Shown piece by piece: positions 38,082-48,718 of a DNA stretch of 64,000 nucleotides; position 1 is the first letter of the stretch; every line of letters begins with the position of its first letter. This stretch comes from Candidatus Calescibacterium sp. (GTDB lineage Bacteria; Calescibacteriota; Calescibacteriia; Calescibacteriales; Calescibacteriaceae). The stretch spans positions 17,407 through 81,406 of the forward strand of contig JAVVGL010000007.1 in assembly GCA_032249135.1 (NCBI GenBank). Reading direction: 5' to 3'. Under the pieces are notes generated by a model. That model saw nothing but the letters and a program-made list of their open reading frames with translations, was not told the DNA's origin and did no database searches. The position numbers and the translations under genes are program-made.

Positions 38082-40190
38082 CTATTTCTTCCCCTTCTTT
38101 CCTGACCGGTAGTAATAGTAATAATAATATGATTTGGGGGTTAGGTCCGGTGCAAATTCACGGGTTACCTTGTTGACAACCAATTTTATATCTCTTGCTC
38201 CTCCTGTTTTTAACATATCTAAAAGCAAGTTCAATCTCTTCCTCGCAACCTTTCCCATATCATATACAACTAAAACGACATCAAAACTGCTAATGATAGG
38301 AAAAATATCAGATACAATCAGAGCTGGAGGAGAATCCGCAATTACAACATCAAATTTTTTGCTTAACTTCTCAAGAATTCCAGGAAATATATTCTGAAAA
38401 AAGATATCTAGTTTGAAGTTTAAAACTTCTCCTTCTTCTTCTTTTGATCCAAATAGAGAAAGGTTATCATCCACCTTGAACTCAGAAAGTTCAATGAGCC
38501 TTTCCGATCCATTACTTAACAAATCAGCATCTGATAAGATCAATTTTGTCAAACTTTTCTCTTTCGGCAAATTAAAAATTTCAGATAAAGATGGGTGTCT
38601 GAGATTCAGGTCAATAATTACTGTTTTTAACCCAGCGGATCCAAAAGCTCTGGAAAGTAGAAAAGATAAAAATGTTTTTCCTTCACCATCTTCACAACTT
38701 GTAATGAGAATCTTTAATCTATTACCGTAGATTATTCTGAGCATATTCCTTATCATCTTTACATTTTCAATTATGAATTCGTCTTTGGCGTTATATCCTT
38801 CAACCTTAACTTTAGGTATCATAGCAAAAACTGGAATTTTCAAGTATCGCAGAATTTCCTCTATATTTTTGAACCTTGAATCCAAACTTTCAGCAATAAA
38901 GACCACCACAACTGACCCCACAAGAGCTACAAGCAGAGAAATAACTAACTGAAATTTTAGTCTTTTTATAGGTTCAGTAGGTAAAGTAGCACTTTTGTAT
39001 ACCTCCGCAAGCTGCGACCACATCCCGCTTGCCATCTTCAACTCTATAAGATTATTGTAATAGTTCTCAAAAACCCTATTGAGCATCTCTATACTGTTTG
39101 AAAGATACATATATTGTGATAGATTACCTGTGATATACTGTATGTCCTTTCTCAAATTTTCTATTTCCTTTTCAGCCGCTTGCTTTTCAAGTTTAAGTTT
39201 AGCGAGCAATAATTTAAGCTTGTATAATATATCTTCAAAAATCTTCTGTATCTCCCTATCTAATTCCTTGATCTTCGGATGATCTTCACTATATTTTGTG
39301 AGCAACTCATTTCTCGCCTTTTCAAGCTCAAAATACTTTGTATAAGATGATATCAAAGACTCATCTATTGATATAATTCTACCTACTTTATTTTTCAGCT
39401 CAGATACTGCTTCTTTTTCCTCCGGTAAGCTATCTTTCAATAAAATCTCATCCAAATTCCTAAGGTGTTCAGCAGTTTTTGATGGGTTCCGAGAGATCTT
39501 GAGAAAAAAATTCTCTATCGCCTGTATCTTCATATCAATCAAGCTAATATTTTTTCTCAAATCATTTATCCTTCGTAAATTTTGATCCAATTGCGATGTA
39601 GGATCAATTATACCTGTTTGAGCAGAAAACTGTGATAGTGTGTTATACATTTCCTTCAATTTTTGTGATAGCTCATCTGATGATTCTTTGAGGAATGAGA
39701 TTGCATTCTCAATAGATTGCTCAAACCACTTTTTTGAGTTCTGAACATAAGCGTTTGCAACTGCATTTGCCACATCTTTTGCCTCAGATGGATTTTCCGA
39801 ATATGCAGTTATATCTATGATATTCTCTCTTGATTTGACAGAAACTTCTATCATATTTCTTAATTTGTTTATATTCTCCTCATTTACATCCCAACCTAAA
39901 ATAGATAGAGCGGTCTTTATGTTCTCTTCGGACTTTATTTTCACCTTCTCCTCCTCTGGATCAAATTTCAAAGTTTTTATATCAATCCCAATTTCTTTGA
40001 CCATAGATGGAACATGTATCATCTGAGACACTCTGACAGAAGCTGTGGATGAAAAAATTTTTTTCTCTTTTGGGCTTGAAATTTTCTGGAGACCAAAAGT
40101 TATGCTGAAAAGGAGTATAAAGCTTATGAGCAAAAGTTTTCTACGACGATAAAACGAAAATAAAAGTTCCCTCAGCCCGAGCTCTTCCAT
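38082..40190 (-). CDS. Wzc/GumC-like polysaccharide co-polymerase with BY-kinase domain
   Basis: Two TMs flanking a coiled coil (KYSEDHPKI). Walker A GEGKT, IDLNLRHP, IADSPP and a C-terminal YYYYYY cluster. Confidence 0.88.
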   Translation of the reverse strand: MEELGLRELLFSFYRRRKLLLISFILLFSITFGLQKISSPKEKKIFSSTASVRVSQMIHVPSMVKEIGIDIKTLKFDPEEEKVKIKSEENIKTALSILGWDVNEENINKLRNMIEVSVKSRENIIDITAYSENPSEAKDVANAVANAYVQNSKKWFEQSIENAISFLKESSDELSQKLKEMYNTLSQFSAQTGIIDPTSQLDQNLRRINDLRKNISLIDMKIQAIENFFLKISRNPSKTAEHLRNLDEILLKDSLPEEKEAVSELKNKVGRIISIDESLISSYTKYFELEKARNELLTKYSEDHPKIKELDREIQKIFEDILYKLKLLLAKLKLEKQAAEKEIENLRKDIQYITGNLSQYMYLSNSIEMLNRVFENYYNNLIELKMASGMWSQLAEVYKSATLPTEPIKRLKFQLVISLLVALVGSVVVVFIAESLDSRFKNIEEILRYLKIPVFAMIPKVKVEGYNAKDEFIIENVKMIRNMLRIIYGNRLKILITSCEDGEGKTFLSFLLSRAFGSAGLKTVIIDLNLRHPSLSEIFNLPKEKSLTKLILSDADLLSNGSERLIELSEFKVDDNLSLFGSKEEEGEVLNFKLDIFFQNIFPGILEKLSKKFDVVIADSPPALIVSDIFPIISSFDVVLVVYDMGKVARKRLNLLLDMLKTGGARDIKLVVNKVTREFAPDLTPKSYYYYYYYRSGKKGKK

Positions 40191-40432
40191 ATTTTCACCT
40201 CAACACAAATTCTCAATCCAATTGAAAATACAAAACAAAAAACATAGTTTATTTTCTATTTTTTTTATTCTTTTCACAAATTTCTAAAAACTTTCTATAA
40301 AAAACTTCAACATCTTATTTTACTTATCTTCGCTTTTATCACAAAATAGTTAGTTAAGCTAAAAAAATCAAAAATAGGGTCTGATATTTGTTTTCTATAT
40401 TTTTTCCTGAAAAAAATACAAAAGGAAATGGA

Positions 40433-41686
40433 ATGGAAAAGATATTGGTTGAAATGAAAAAAGAAAACAGCATAGCAGCGGTAATAAGACTTAATCTTTC
40501 AACAAGGTTCTTCCTGGTCTTTCTTCCATTCCTTGTAGGAGACATAGCTATTCCAACACTCCTTTTATATCTTATAAACAAATTACCCCCATCCCCTGAA
40601 ACACAGCTCCTCAAAATACTTATAATTTCTATATTCGGATTTTACTTTTTTGTAATAATAGGATTGTTTTTAGGGTGTTTGTACTATGCTGTACGACCTA
40701 TAAATTTATTCATACAAAGTATAAAGAAAATACTTGAAGGTAAAGCAGAAAAGCTGAAAGAGGAGGATTTTATTGCAAGTTTCATTTTTGTTGGCTTTGA
40801 AGACGAAAACACAGATCTTGCAAAACTTATAAACAAACTAATAGATCACTTTACCGAAGCCAAGAAAAAAGTAGATACAATAGGGAACAACATAATCAGA
40901 AGCTCTGATGAAGTCAAGGAGGTATCAGGAAAAGTAGATGATGGAGCGAAACAGGTAAGAAGAGAGGTGGAAAAATTTTCCGTAAGCTTTGAGAGTATGA
41001 AGCAGGCAATAGATGAAATAACAGAAAGAATATCAAAAGTTGCAAAGGAGTTAGATAAGCTAAATCAAATAGCAGAAGGTGGCGTCCAAAAAGTTTCTCA
41101 TTCTCTGCAGGTTTTTCATCAGCTCATAGCAAAAATAGAGAGATTCAAAGATATTTCATCTCAAATAAAAGATGTTATGGAGCAGGTTAAATCATCAATA
41201 TCTGTGATTGAGGATATAACAGATCAGGTAAATCTTTTGGCTTTGAATGCAGCAATAGAGGCTGCAAGAGCTGGCGATGCAGGTAGAGGTTTCGCTGTCG
41301 TTGCGGATGAGGTAAGAAAACTTGCAAACAGAACGATGGAATCGGCAGAGGAAATAAAGAAAAGTTTGGCTGATGCTGAGCGAGTTGTTAATTCAGCAGT
41401 TGATACTATGACCTCTGTTTTAGCAGAAGCTCAAAACATAATAAATGTAGCTGATATGATAGCCAAAGAATTTGAAGAAATAGCAAAAGGAGTAAAAGAT
41501 ATACAGCATTACTCCTCGTCAGTCGCATCAGCAGCGGAGGAACAAGACGCTGTTTTCAGAGAATTAGTAAAATCAGTAGAAATTCTCTCAAAAAAGGTAG
41601 ATGATTTTGCAATGGCTTCGGATAAACTTTTAGAAACTGCTCAAAAACTTCACCAAGTTGTATCAGAACTCAAAAAGATTTTATAA
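40433..41686 (+). CDS. Methyl-accepting chemotaxis protein
   Basis: Two TMs, HAMP-like region and [34 protein letters not shown]. Confidence 0.93.
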   Translation: MEKILVEMKKENSIAAVIRLNLSTRFFLVFLPFLVGDIAIPTLLLYLINKLPPSPETQLLKILIISIFGFYFFVIIGLFLGCLYYAVRPINLFIQSIKKILEGKAEKLKEEDFIASFIFVGFEDENTDLAKLINKLIDHFTEAKKKVDTIGNNIIRSSDEVKEVSGKVDDGAKQVRREVEKFSVSFESMKQAIDEITERISKVAKELDKLNQIAEGGVQKVSHSLQVFHQLIAKIERFKDISSQIKDVMEQVKSSISVIEDITDQVNLLALNAAIEAARAGDAGRGFAVVADEVRKLANRTMESAEEIKKSLADAERVVNSAVDTMTSVLAEAQNIINVADMIAKEFEEIAKGVKDIQHYSSSVASAAEEQDAVFRELVKSVEILSKKVDDFAMASDKLLETAQKLHQVVSELKKIL

Positions 41687-41753
41687 AAAAGAAAAAACAA
41701 CATAAAAAAGCAATAAAAAACAAACAAAAGAATTAAAAACTGAACCTATAATA

Positions 41754-42239
41754 ATGAGATTGATGAACCTAAAAATTCTCATTTTGATTTTGCTCTTACC
41801 TATTCCAGAGGTTTTCAAGATAAATCAGGAAATAAAAGTAGAAAAATCTCGCTTTGAGATAACGCATAATATGGTAGTTCATTTTCCAATAGCTTTTGCA
41901 ACAGGGGCTTCAATTTTTGAGATTTTATCTTTCTTCAGACCGTATTATTCAAGCTCAGCAAAAATTATGATCGGGCTTACATCAGTATCATCTCTTATTT
42001 CTTTCATAACGGGTCAAAAAGCAGAAGAGAATATAATGAGAACAGAGAAAGGAAAAGAGAAAAAAGATTTTGTTGAGATTCACGGGGCAGTTGGAATAAC
42101 ACTACTTTTTATTTCTACGCTTGCATTCATATTTAAATTTTTCCCTCAAATGAAAGTCATATCAACAGCATTTATATTTCTCTCGGTTGCGTTAGCTTTT
42201 CTTTGTGGATATTTCGGGGGAATAATCTCACACAAATGA
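41754..42239 (+). CDS. DUF2231-family membrane protein
   Basis: HNMVVHFPIAF, four TMs, conserved His (EIHG) and C-terminal GYFGGII. Confidence 0.7.
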   Translation: MRLMNLKILILILLLPIPEVFKINQEIKVEKSRFEITHNMVVHFPIAFATGASIFEILSFFRPYYSSSAKIMIGLTSVSSLISFITGQKAEENIMRTEKGKEKKDFVEIHGAVGITLLFISTLAFIFKFFPQMKVISTAFIFLSVALAFLCGYFGGIISHK

Positions 42240-42291
42240 AAAATTTTTGATTTATAAAAAAATAAAGTACTCCAAAAGAAAATTTGAGAGT

Positions 42292-42711
42292 ATGGATATA
42301 AGAGAGATAGTAGCCAAAGCGTGTCAAGAAGGGATAAGATATTACGGAGACTCCGCAACTCATAAGTTTTATGAGCTACTTAAAGAAAAAAAGTTTATGA
42401 CCACAAAGTGTAAAAGGTGCTCAAAAATAGATTTCCCTCCTCGCAAATTCTGCTCATCCTGTTTTTCAGAGGATTTAGAATGGGTAGAAATTCCTCGCAG
42501 AGGAAAAGTTTATGCTTTTACAAACCAAAAAAGAGCTTTAAGATTCACATATCCTGATATAATAGGTTTTGTTGAAATAGAGGGAATAGGAAGAATTCTG
42601 ACAAAAATAGAAGGAGAAGATATAAAAGTGGGAGATGAAGTAGAACTTGATTTCGTTGAAGTAGATGGTCTTACTTTACATAAGTTCAAAAAAGTAAATT
42701 CAGCAAAATGA
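42292..42711 (+). CDS. Zn-ribbon/OB-fold DUF35 family protein
   Basis: KCKRCSKIDFPPRKFCSSC...GKVYAFT...IKVGDEVEL. Confidence 0.88.
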   Translation: MDIREIVAKACQEGIRYYGDSATHKFYELLKEKKFMTTKCKRCSKIDFPPRKFCSSCFSEDLEWVEIPRRGKVYAFTNQKRALRFTYPDIIGFVEIEGIGRILTKIEGEDIKVGDEVELDFVEVDGLTLHKFKKVNSAK

Positions 42712-42712
42712 G

Positions 42713-42730
42713 TTCATCTGCGAAGATGAA
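42713..42730. terminator. Hairpin between the convergent DUF35 and fliN genes
   Basis: TTCATCT-GCGA-AGATGAA: 7-bp stem with a GNRA loop, but no strong U-tract. Confidence 0.4.
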
Positions 42731-42756
42731 TAAGTTAGAGCTGCTCTACAAAGGGG

Positions 42757-43170
42757 TTATATTTTTCCGAGTTTTTTTATTCTTTCTTCCGGACTTATTA
42801 TATCTATTATTCTTACACCGAATTTATCACCCACAAGAACTATTTCTCCCCTTGCTATATGGCGACCGTTGACCAAAATTTCTACGGGCTCACTTTCTTG
42901 TTTATCAAGTTCTATTGTTGCTCCCTGAGTTATCTGCAAAAGGTCTCCAAGGAGCATTTTTGTTCTTCCAATCTCAACCGAGATCTCAAGGGGTATATCA
43001 AGCAAAGATCTTAGAACTTCTGGGATAATTTTTTCTGCAGTTTCTCTTTCTCCCTCTTCTTTTTTCTTTTCTTCTTCTGCTGCAACATCAGATATAGCTT
43101 TTGCTAAAGCTTCTTTCATCTCATCACTCATACCTTCAAAAGCCTTTTCAACATTTACCTTTTCTTCCAT
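42757..43170 (-). CDS. fliN: Flagellar motor switch protein FliN
   Basis: LLDIPLEISVEIGRTKM...GATIELDK...EPVEILVNG..IARGEIV...FGVRI. ATG 43170. Confidence 0.93.
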   Translation of the reverse strand: MEEKVNVEKAFEGMSDEMKEALAKAISDVAAEEEKKKEEGERETAEKIIPEVLRSLLDIPLEISVEIGRTKMLLGDLLQITQGATIELDKQESEPVEILVNGRHIARGEIVLVGDKFGVRIIDIISPEERIKKLGKI

Positions 43171-43256
43171 ATTTGATATTTTAATTATTTGCATTCAAGT
43201 TTTCCTAACTTTCTAATATTAGCAAGTATTACCTTTTTGGAAATGCACAACTAAAA

Positions 43257-43937
43257 ATGGAAGAATCAAAACTTTTCCGAGTTTTATCGCAGATATCTCA
43301 AAATCTCAACCTATATCTTGGTGGGGATTTTCTCATCTACCTTATTGCAAAACATAGAAAAGTAGAAAAAATTCATTTTTTCTCACAGGAAAAATTGAAA
43401 AAAAATGAATATGAAAAATTCATAGCAAATTTATTCAGAAACTCTAATATAGATTTTGAATTCTCAATAATACTTTCAGATCTCATTCATCTGAGGGTTG
43501 AAAAATTTTCAATTTATATAATATACCATCCATATAAAATCTGGAAAGAATTGAGCATACATGAAATGATCGGAGAAAAAATTGATTTAGGAATAAAAAG
43601 TCTTTCCCTTGAAGATAGTGTTTGTGTAAAGACAAATATGCTTATAAACTCCCAAGATAAAAAGGAAACGATAGAAAACGCATTAGATTTATTTTTTGGA
43701 ATAGAAAATATGAAAATTACTCAAGATGAACTTGGGAGAATTTACGAATTCAAATACGAAATAAAATTTTATGAAATAATAAGCGAGATAAAGCAAAGGA
43801 TTAGGGAAATATCAGAATATGAAACGAATTTTGAAGATCTGGGGATAGAGTTGATGAAAAGAAAAATAACAAAGAAAGAGCTCGTAGATGCTCTAAATAA
43901 GTACTTCTCACAGGCTATAAAAGATCATTCCATATAA
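43257..43937 (+). CDS. Divergent AbiEii-like nucleotidyltransferase-fold protein (catalytic Asp residues missing)
   Basis: LYLGGDFLIYLIAKHRKVEKIHFFS resembles YLAGGTALAL..GHRxSxDLDFF, and SLEDSVCVK...DLFF resembles SLEDIAAMK...DLY. Confidence 0.5.
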   Translation: MEESKLFRVLSQISQNLNLYLGGDFLIYLIAKHRKVEKIHFFSQEKLKKNEYEKFIANLFRNSNIDFEFSIILSDLIHLRVEKFSIYIIYHPYKIWKELSIHEMIGEKIDLGIKSLSLEDSVCVKTNMLINSQDKKETIENALDLFFGIENMKITQDELGRIYEFKYEIKFYEIISEIKQRIREISEYETNFEDLGIELMKRKITKKELVDALNKYFSQAIKDHSI

Positions 43938-44009
43938 AAAATTTTTAGGATAAAAATAAAGAAAATTTTTGATTTTTATTTTTTGAATAAAAGAATTAAA
44001 TTTTGAACT

Positions 44010-44861
44010 ATGCGAAAAATAGGAATAATCGGACCAGGGGTTATGGGCTCATCAATTGCTTACCTTGCGGCTTCCTGCGGATTTGATGTTGTCCTGTATG
44101 GTAGATCTGATAACTCACTTGAAAAAGGAAAAGATAGGATAGAAAAGATAATATTCGGGGGATTGAAAAGAGGAAAAATCACAGAAAAAGATGCGGAAAA
44201 AATAAGAGAGAAAATAGAATACACCACAGATTTTGCTCCTTTTGTAGATTGCGATATAGTAATAGAATCAGTATCAGAAGATATGGAGCTTAAAAAAGAT
44301 ATATTCAGAAGGGTGGATACGATTTGCCCGAAAAGAACCATACTTGCTACGAACACATCTACAAAATCTGTAACAGAAATAGCGAGTGTTTGCAAGCATC
44401 AAGATAGAGTTGTCGGGATGCACTTTTTCAATCCAGCACACATTATGAAGCTTGTGGAAGTAGTGAAGGCTGTACAAACATCAGATGAGGTTGTAGAACA
44501 AGTGAAAGACATTGCGATAAAGCTCGGGAAAATACCAGTAGTTGTAAAAGATTATCCGGGCTTTATAGTTAACAGGCTTTTGGTTCCATTTTTGAATCAT
44601 GCGATTGAATTTTTGGAAAGTGGAATAAGCGCTGAGACATTGAGAAAAGTCACAACTTTGGGGTTGGGACATCCGATGGGACCGGTGGAACTTGCAGATT
44701 TTATAGGATTAGACGTTGTTGAAGCTATGGGAGAAACTCTTTACGAGGGTTTCAAAGACGAAAAATTTTCTCCGCCGATTTTGCTGAAAAACCTTGTAAA
44801 GGCTGGATTTTTAGGTGTAAAAACTAAAAGAGGTTTTCTTGAATATGATGGGAAAAAATAG
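44010..44861 (+). CDS. hbd: 3-hydroxybutyryl/3-hydroxyacyl-CoA dehydrogenase
   Basis: GPGVMGSSIA, IESVSE, ATNTS, GMHFFNPA, PGFIVNRLL, GHPMGP. Confidence 0.9.
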   Translation: MRKIGIIGPGVMGSSIAYLAASCGFDVVLYGRSDNSLEKGKDRIEKIIFGGLKRGKITEKDAEKIREKIEYTTDFAPFVDCDIVIESVSEDMELKKDIFRRVDTICPKRTILATNTSTKSVTEIASVCKHQDRVVGMHFFNPAHIMKLVEVVKAVQTSDEVVEQVKDIAIKLGKIPVVVKDYPGFIVNRLLVPFLNHAIEFLESGISAETLRKVTTLGLGHPMGPVELADFIGLDVVEAMGETLYEGFKDEKFSPPILLKNLVKAGFLGVKTKRGFLEYDGKK

Positions 44862-45528
44862 CAGAAAATACTCCTATTGCCACAGAAGAGGCAACATTTA
44901 AAGACTCAACTTTTCCAAATTGGGGGATTCTGACTTTAAAATCAGCTGAATTTAAAGTTTCCTGTGAAACCCCTTTATCTTCTGAACCAAAGCATAAAGT
45001 AGCAGGAAATGTGAACTTCGTTGAAAATATTGAATTTTCAGTTCTCAAATCAAAAACATAAATCTTTGTTCTTCTTTTCAGCTCATCCAATACATTTTTT
45101 TTCTTTTCTCTTATAACTTTTATGTGAAAGAAAGCCCCTGATGAAGCCTTTATAAGTTGAGGAGAAATCTCTGGGCTTCCCTCTTCTGAAATAATTACAG
45201 CATCACATCCAAAAAATTCACAAATCCTAATTATATTCCCTATATTTCCAACATCCTGAACACCATCTAAAAACACAACGAGTTTCTTTATATCATGTAA
45301 GTCTTTTAAACTATATTTTTTCAGATTGACTTCAAAGGCTATGCCTTGATGCTCCTCTGATCCACAAATTTTAGTTATAATATTCGGATGCACAATTCTT
45401 ATATCTTTTACGCGATCGCCAAAAAGTTCTTTTGCAAAAACTAATACACTCTTTTTAACCCAAATTCTTTTCGGAATAAATCCAGCTCTTTTTAACTCTC
45501 TTGCTACCTGTTTCCCATAAAGAATCAT
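44824..45528 (-). CDS. rlmB: 23S rRNA Gm2251 2'-O-methyltransferase RlmB (TrmH/SpoU)
   Basis: ILYGK, HQGIA, LDGVQDVGNIGNIIR, GSEDKG, IPQFGKVESLNVASS. Confidence 0.82.
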   Translation of the reverse strand: MILYGKQVARELKRAGFIPKRIWVKKSVLVFAKELFGDRVKDIRIVHPNIITKICGSEEHQGIAFEVNLKKYSLKDLHDIKKLVVFLDGVQDVGNIGNIIRICEFFGCDAVIISEEGSPEISPQLIKASSGAFFHIKVIREKKKNVLDELKRRTKIYVFDLRTENSIFSTKFTFPATLCFGSEDKGVSQETLNSADFKVRIPQFGKVESLNVASSVAIGVFSAIFSHHIQENLF

Positions 45529-45550
45529 ATACACACAAACAAAAAATAAG

Positions 45551-46624
45551 TCAAATTGAGCATATTTTACCGGGAAGATAACTTATTTTTGCTCCTGTTA
45601 TTTTTGACATATCAACCCTAACTCCATTTACTCTGAGATAAGCAAGATATGCAAATAGAATTGGTTCAACAAAATCTGAATTCACTCCAATATCATCTGA
45701 TACTACCGTATGGACTTTTATTTCTTCTTTAAGTCTTGAAACCATAAATTTATTTTTTGTTCCTCCACCGCACAAGATACATATATCCGGTCTGAAAAAA
45801 TTGACTTCTTCTGAGATAAGCCTTACAGATACTTCAACAGCGGTTCTCAAAGCATCTGAAGGGCTTTTATTCTTTGTCAGTTCAAAGAAAAATTTTTTTG
45901 CCTCCTCTATTTCATATCCCAGAGTTTTTTTCCCTTTTCTTATTTTTCGTATAAAGTTTAGAGTTTTTTCAAAAGCTTGTTCTATCAAATTTCCTTCTGA
46001 TGCTTTTTTGCCGAATTTGTCGTAATCGACTCCAAACCTCTTTTTAGATATAAAATCAGATAAGGCATTTGCTGGACCTACATCTTTTGCTGATATAACT
46101 TCTCCATCTTTTATGTGTGTTATATTCGCTATTCCTCCAAGGTTTACAACCGAAACTTTTTTTGATATTTTTCCAAAGAGTATTTTGTGCACAATTGGAG
46201 ATAAAGGAGCTCCTTTACCGCCAGCAGCTATATCGCTTTTTCTGAAATCATAAACGACCGGAACGCCTAAAACTTTGGCAATATATAAAGGTTCTCCTAT
46301 TTGATAAGTAAGAACTCTATTTTTTGACTCATAATGGTATACGGTTTGACCATGAAATCCAATAACCTCCGGTTTGATTTCAATACCATCTAAAAACTTT
46401 TTCAAAGATTTTGCAAAAGATAAACCTATGATTTCATTACATAGCAAAATTTCATCAAAGTTTCCTCCTCCGTTTTGAACAAGGTAAATCAATTTTTCCT
46501 TTTCCTTGTGAGAGAAATCAAAAGCCTGATATTTTATCACCTTTATTTCTTCACCATTTATATCACACAAGATAAGCTCTTTTGCGTTAATGGAAGTTCC
46601 GGAAAGTGCCCCAACACAGAGCAT
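45551..46624 (-). CDS. anmK: Anhydro-N-acetylmuramic acid kinase
   Basis: SGTS, IGFHGQTVYH, DFRKSDIAAGGKGAPL, NLGGIANIT, DVGPAN, CGGG..N, EPILFAYLA. Confidence 0.9.
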   Translation of the reverse strand: MLCVGALSGTSINAKELILCDINGEEIKVIKYQAFDFSHKEKEKLIYLVQNGGGNFDEILLCNEIIGLSFAKSLKKFLDGIEIKPEVIGFHGQTVYHYESKNRVLTYQIGEPLYIAKVLGVPVVYDFRKSDIAAGGKGAPLSPIVHKILFGKISKKVSVVNLGGIANITHIKDGEVISAKDVGPANALSDFISKKRFGVDYDKFGKKASEGNLIEQAFEKTLNFIRKIRKGKKTLGYEIEEAKKFFFELTKNKSPSDALRTAVEVSVRLISEEVNFFRPDICILCGGGTKNKFMVSRLKEEIKVHTVVSDDIGVNSDFVEPILFAYLAYLRVNGVRVDMSKITGAKISYLPGKICSI

Positions 46625-46702
46625 ATCAAGAAGTTTAAAAATCAGGTGTAAAATTATGAAAACAGAAGTAAGTATTGTTTGCGAAGCGATAATAATAAGT
46701 TC

Positions 46703-47287
46703 TTATTTTTTTTCAATTCCTGAAAGGACAATATCTATTGTATCATTTATATCTTTTTGGCTTGCTGATTTTGATGCAAGTTCTTTTGCTAATGTGTGAA
46801 TTATGAAAGTTGCTCTCTTTACATCTAAGTTTTCTTTGAAAACTCCTTTTTCTATTCCTTCTTTTATTGCATCCTCTATAAGTTTTAATTCTCTTGTTGC
46901 AAGCTCCTTCAATCCAAGTCTCTCAATTTCAGCTCTCAACTCACCTACTATTTCTTCTTCTATGTTAAAATTTTTTATTATGTTTCTTGTTCCTTCAACT
47001 TTTGCTTCGACGATTTTTTTTAGCTTATCTTGCGGACTTTCGACTTCCTTTACTCTTTCTTCCATCATAGCTACAACTTTTGATATCTCGTCTTGCAAGC
47101 AGGCTTTGAAAAGGTCTTCCTTTGAGTCAAAGTAGTAATAAATTGCTGCTGCTGTGAAACCTATTTCTTTTGCTATATCCTCCATTATTGTTTTTCTCAA
47201 ACCGTATTTTGAAAATACTCTCTTTGACAATTCTATTATTCTCTGTCTCCTTTCCTCTTTCGGTCTTCTTTTTCTTTCACGCATCAC
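46703..47287 (-). CDS. TetR/AcrR family transcriptional regulator
   Basis: FSKYGLRKTIMEDIAKEIGFTAAAIYYYFDSKEDLF HTH. SD AAGGAGGA. Confidence 0.92.
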   Translation of the reverse strand: MMRERKRRPKEERRQRIIELSKRVFSKYGLRKTIMEDIAKEIGFTAAAIYYYFDSKEDLFKACLQDEISKVVAMMEERVKEVESPQDKLKKIVEAKVEGTRNIIKNFNIEEEIVGELRAEIERLGLKELATRELKLIEDAIKEGIEKGVFKENLDVKRATFIIHTLAKELASKSASQKDINDTIDIVLSGIEKK

Positions 47288-47408
47288 TGTGTCCTCCTTT
47301 TTCTTATTTTAAATTTAAGCTTAATATTTGAACAAAAATCAAAAATATTTTTCAAGAGCATTTTTGAAAGAATTTCTTTATTTTCGCAGAAGACATAATT
47401 TCATCTTT

Positions 47409-48140
47409 ATGTTGTCAATTTATTTTATTCACGCTTTTCCCTTGAATTCCGAAATGTGGAATGAGCAGATAAAATATTTTTCTGCAAAGGCAAGGTGTAT
47501 AGCAATTGATCTACCTGGGTTTGGAGGAACGCCTCACAATACTATATCAGAGAAACCCTCCATGCATGAATATGCCTCTTATGTTGAGAAAATAATTCAG
47601 GAGACAAGACAAAATGAAAATCAAAAACTTTGTGTAGTTGGACTTTCTATGGGAGGATATGTTGCAATGTACATTTTAAAAAGAGGAGTTATAATTCCGG
47701 ATTTTCTTGTTCTTGCAAATACGAGATCGCAAGCCGATAGCGATGAGGTAAAGGAAAGAAGATTTAAAATCATAGAGGAGATAGAAAAAACGAAAAGCAT
47801 TGACCCAGTTATTGATGCATATCTGCCCGCACTCGCTCGCGATAACGAAAAATTAAAATATGAAATTCTGAAAATGACAAAACTCACTTCGCCAGATGGA
47901 GCAAAAAAAGCCCTTTATGCTATGGCTACCCGTGAGGATTCTACTTTTTATGTAAAATCTTTTCCTGGAAAACTTTTATGTATAGCTTCTGAAAAAGACG
48001 CTCTTTCTCCTCCTGATGTTGTCAAATCTATGTGTAGGGATCCCAAAGAATTTAAAATTATTCCGGATTGCGGACATCTTTCCGCTATGGAGAAACCTGA
48101 AATTTTCAACAAAATCCTTGAAGAGTTTTTGGAGTTGTAA
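47409..48140 (+). CDS. Alpha/beta hydrolase (PcaD-like)
   Basis: IHAFPLNSEMW, DLPGFG, GLSMGG nucleophile, EKD and GHLS. Start placed at ATG 47409. Confidence 0.88.
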   Translation: MLSIYFIHAFPLNSEMWNEQIKYFSAKARCIAIDLPGFGGTPHNTISEKPSMHEYASYVEKIIQETRQNENQKLCVVGLSMGGYVAMYILKRGVIIPDFLVLANTRSQADSDEVKERRFKIIEEIEKTKSIDPVIDAYLPALARDNEKLKYEILKMTKLTSPDGAKKALYAMATREDSTFYVKSFPGKLLCIASEKDALSPPDVVKSMCRDPKEFKIIPDCGHLSAMEKPEIFNKILEEFLEL

Positions 48141-48163
48141 ATTTTTTTGGTAAGTTAAAATTT

Positions 48164-48622
48164 ATGTTCATTCGGTATGTAAAAATCACTCGTTCTTTTA
48201 CTTTGGTAGAGGTTCTTGTTGCAATTTGGATTTTAAGCACAACTTTGGTTGCTCTTTTGGGAATATACATGGGAAATATAAAGTACGTAAAAAAAATAGA
48301 TGAGAACTCTATTTCAATATCCCTTGCTTTATCTGTGTCGCAAGAAAAATATCTTTCCGCAAAATATAATGTTGAGGTAAAACCAACAGAAGTTCCAGAT
48401 GGTTTTAAAGTTGATTTTGAAATTGCAAATCTTTCCAACTTACTACCAACCTTAGGAACTCTTCTTGCAAATGTAAATTTACCAATAATACCTCTTTTGA
48501 GAGTAAGTGCACCATCTGGTGGAGTTTTTGAAATATTTGGTAAACCAAATCCCGAACAAAAAATTTTACAGCCTTCTTTACAACAGCATCAGCAAATTCA
48601 ACAGTATCTGAAAGAATTTTAG
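48164..48622 (+). CDS. Prepilin-type (pseudopilin, GspI-like) protein
   Basis: Class III signal RS|FTLVEVLVAIWIL with Glu5. Confidence 0.7.
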   Translation: MFIRYVKITRSFTLVEVLVAIWILSTTLVALLGIYMGNIKYVKKIDENSISISLALSVSQEKYLSAKYNVEVKPTEVPDGFKVDFEIANLSNLLPTLGTLLANVNLPIIPLLRVSAPSGGVFEIFGKPNPEQKILQPSLQQHQQIQQYLKEF

Positions 48623-48718
48623 GGTAATTATTGCTATTGGCTACCTATTATCTACCACTATTTCACAATATACAGGAAATAAGCTAAAAAGTTTCAAAAA
48701 TGAATAAATTTATTAGAT

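Noticed and set aside
38082-38700. Wzc kinase as a pseudokinase (Walker A' DLN instead of DxD)
   Set aside because: Walker A Lys, Walker B Asp and the Tyr cluster are intact. One substitution is not enough to call it inactive.
48623-48718. TPP riboswitch upstream of thiC
   Set aside because: No CUGAGA / ACCUGAU...GCGUAGG consensus. The region is short and AT-rich, and looks like a leaderless promoter.
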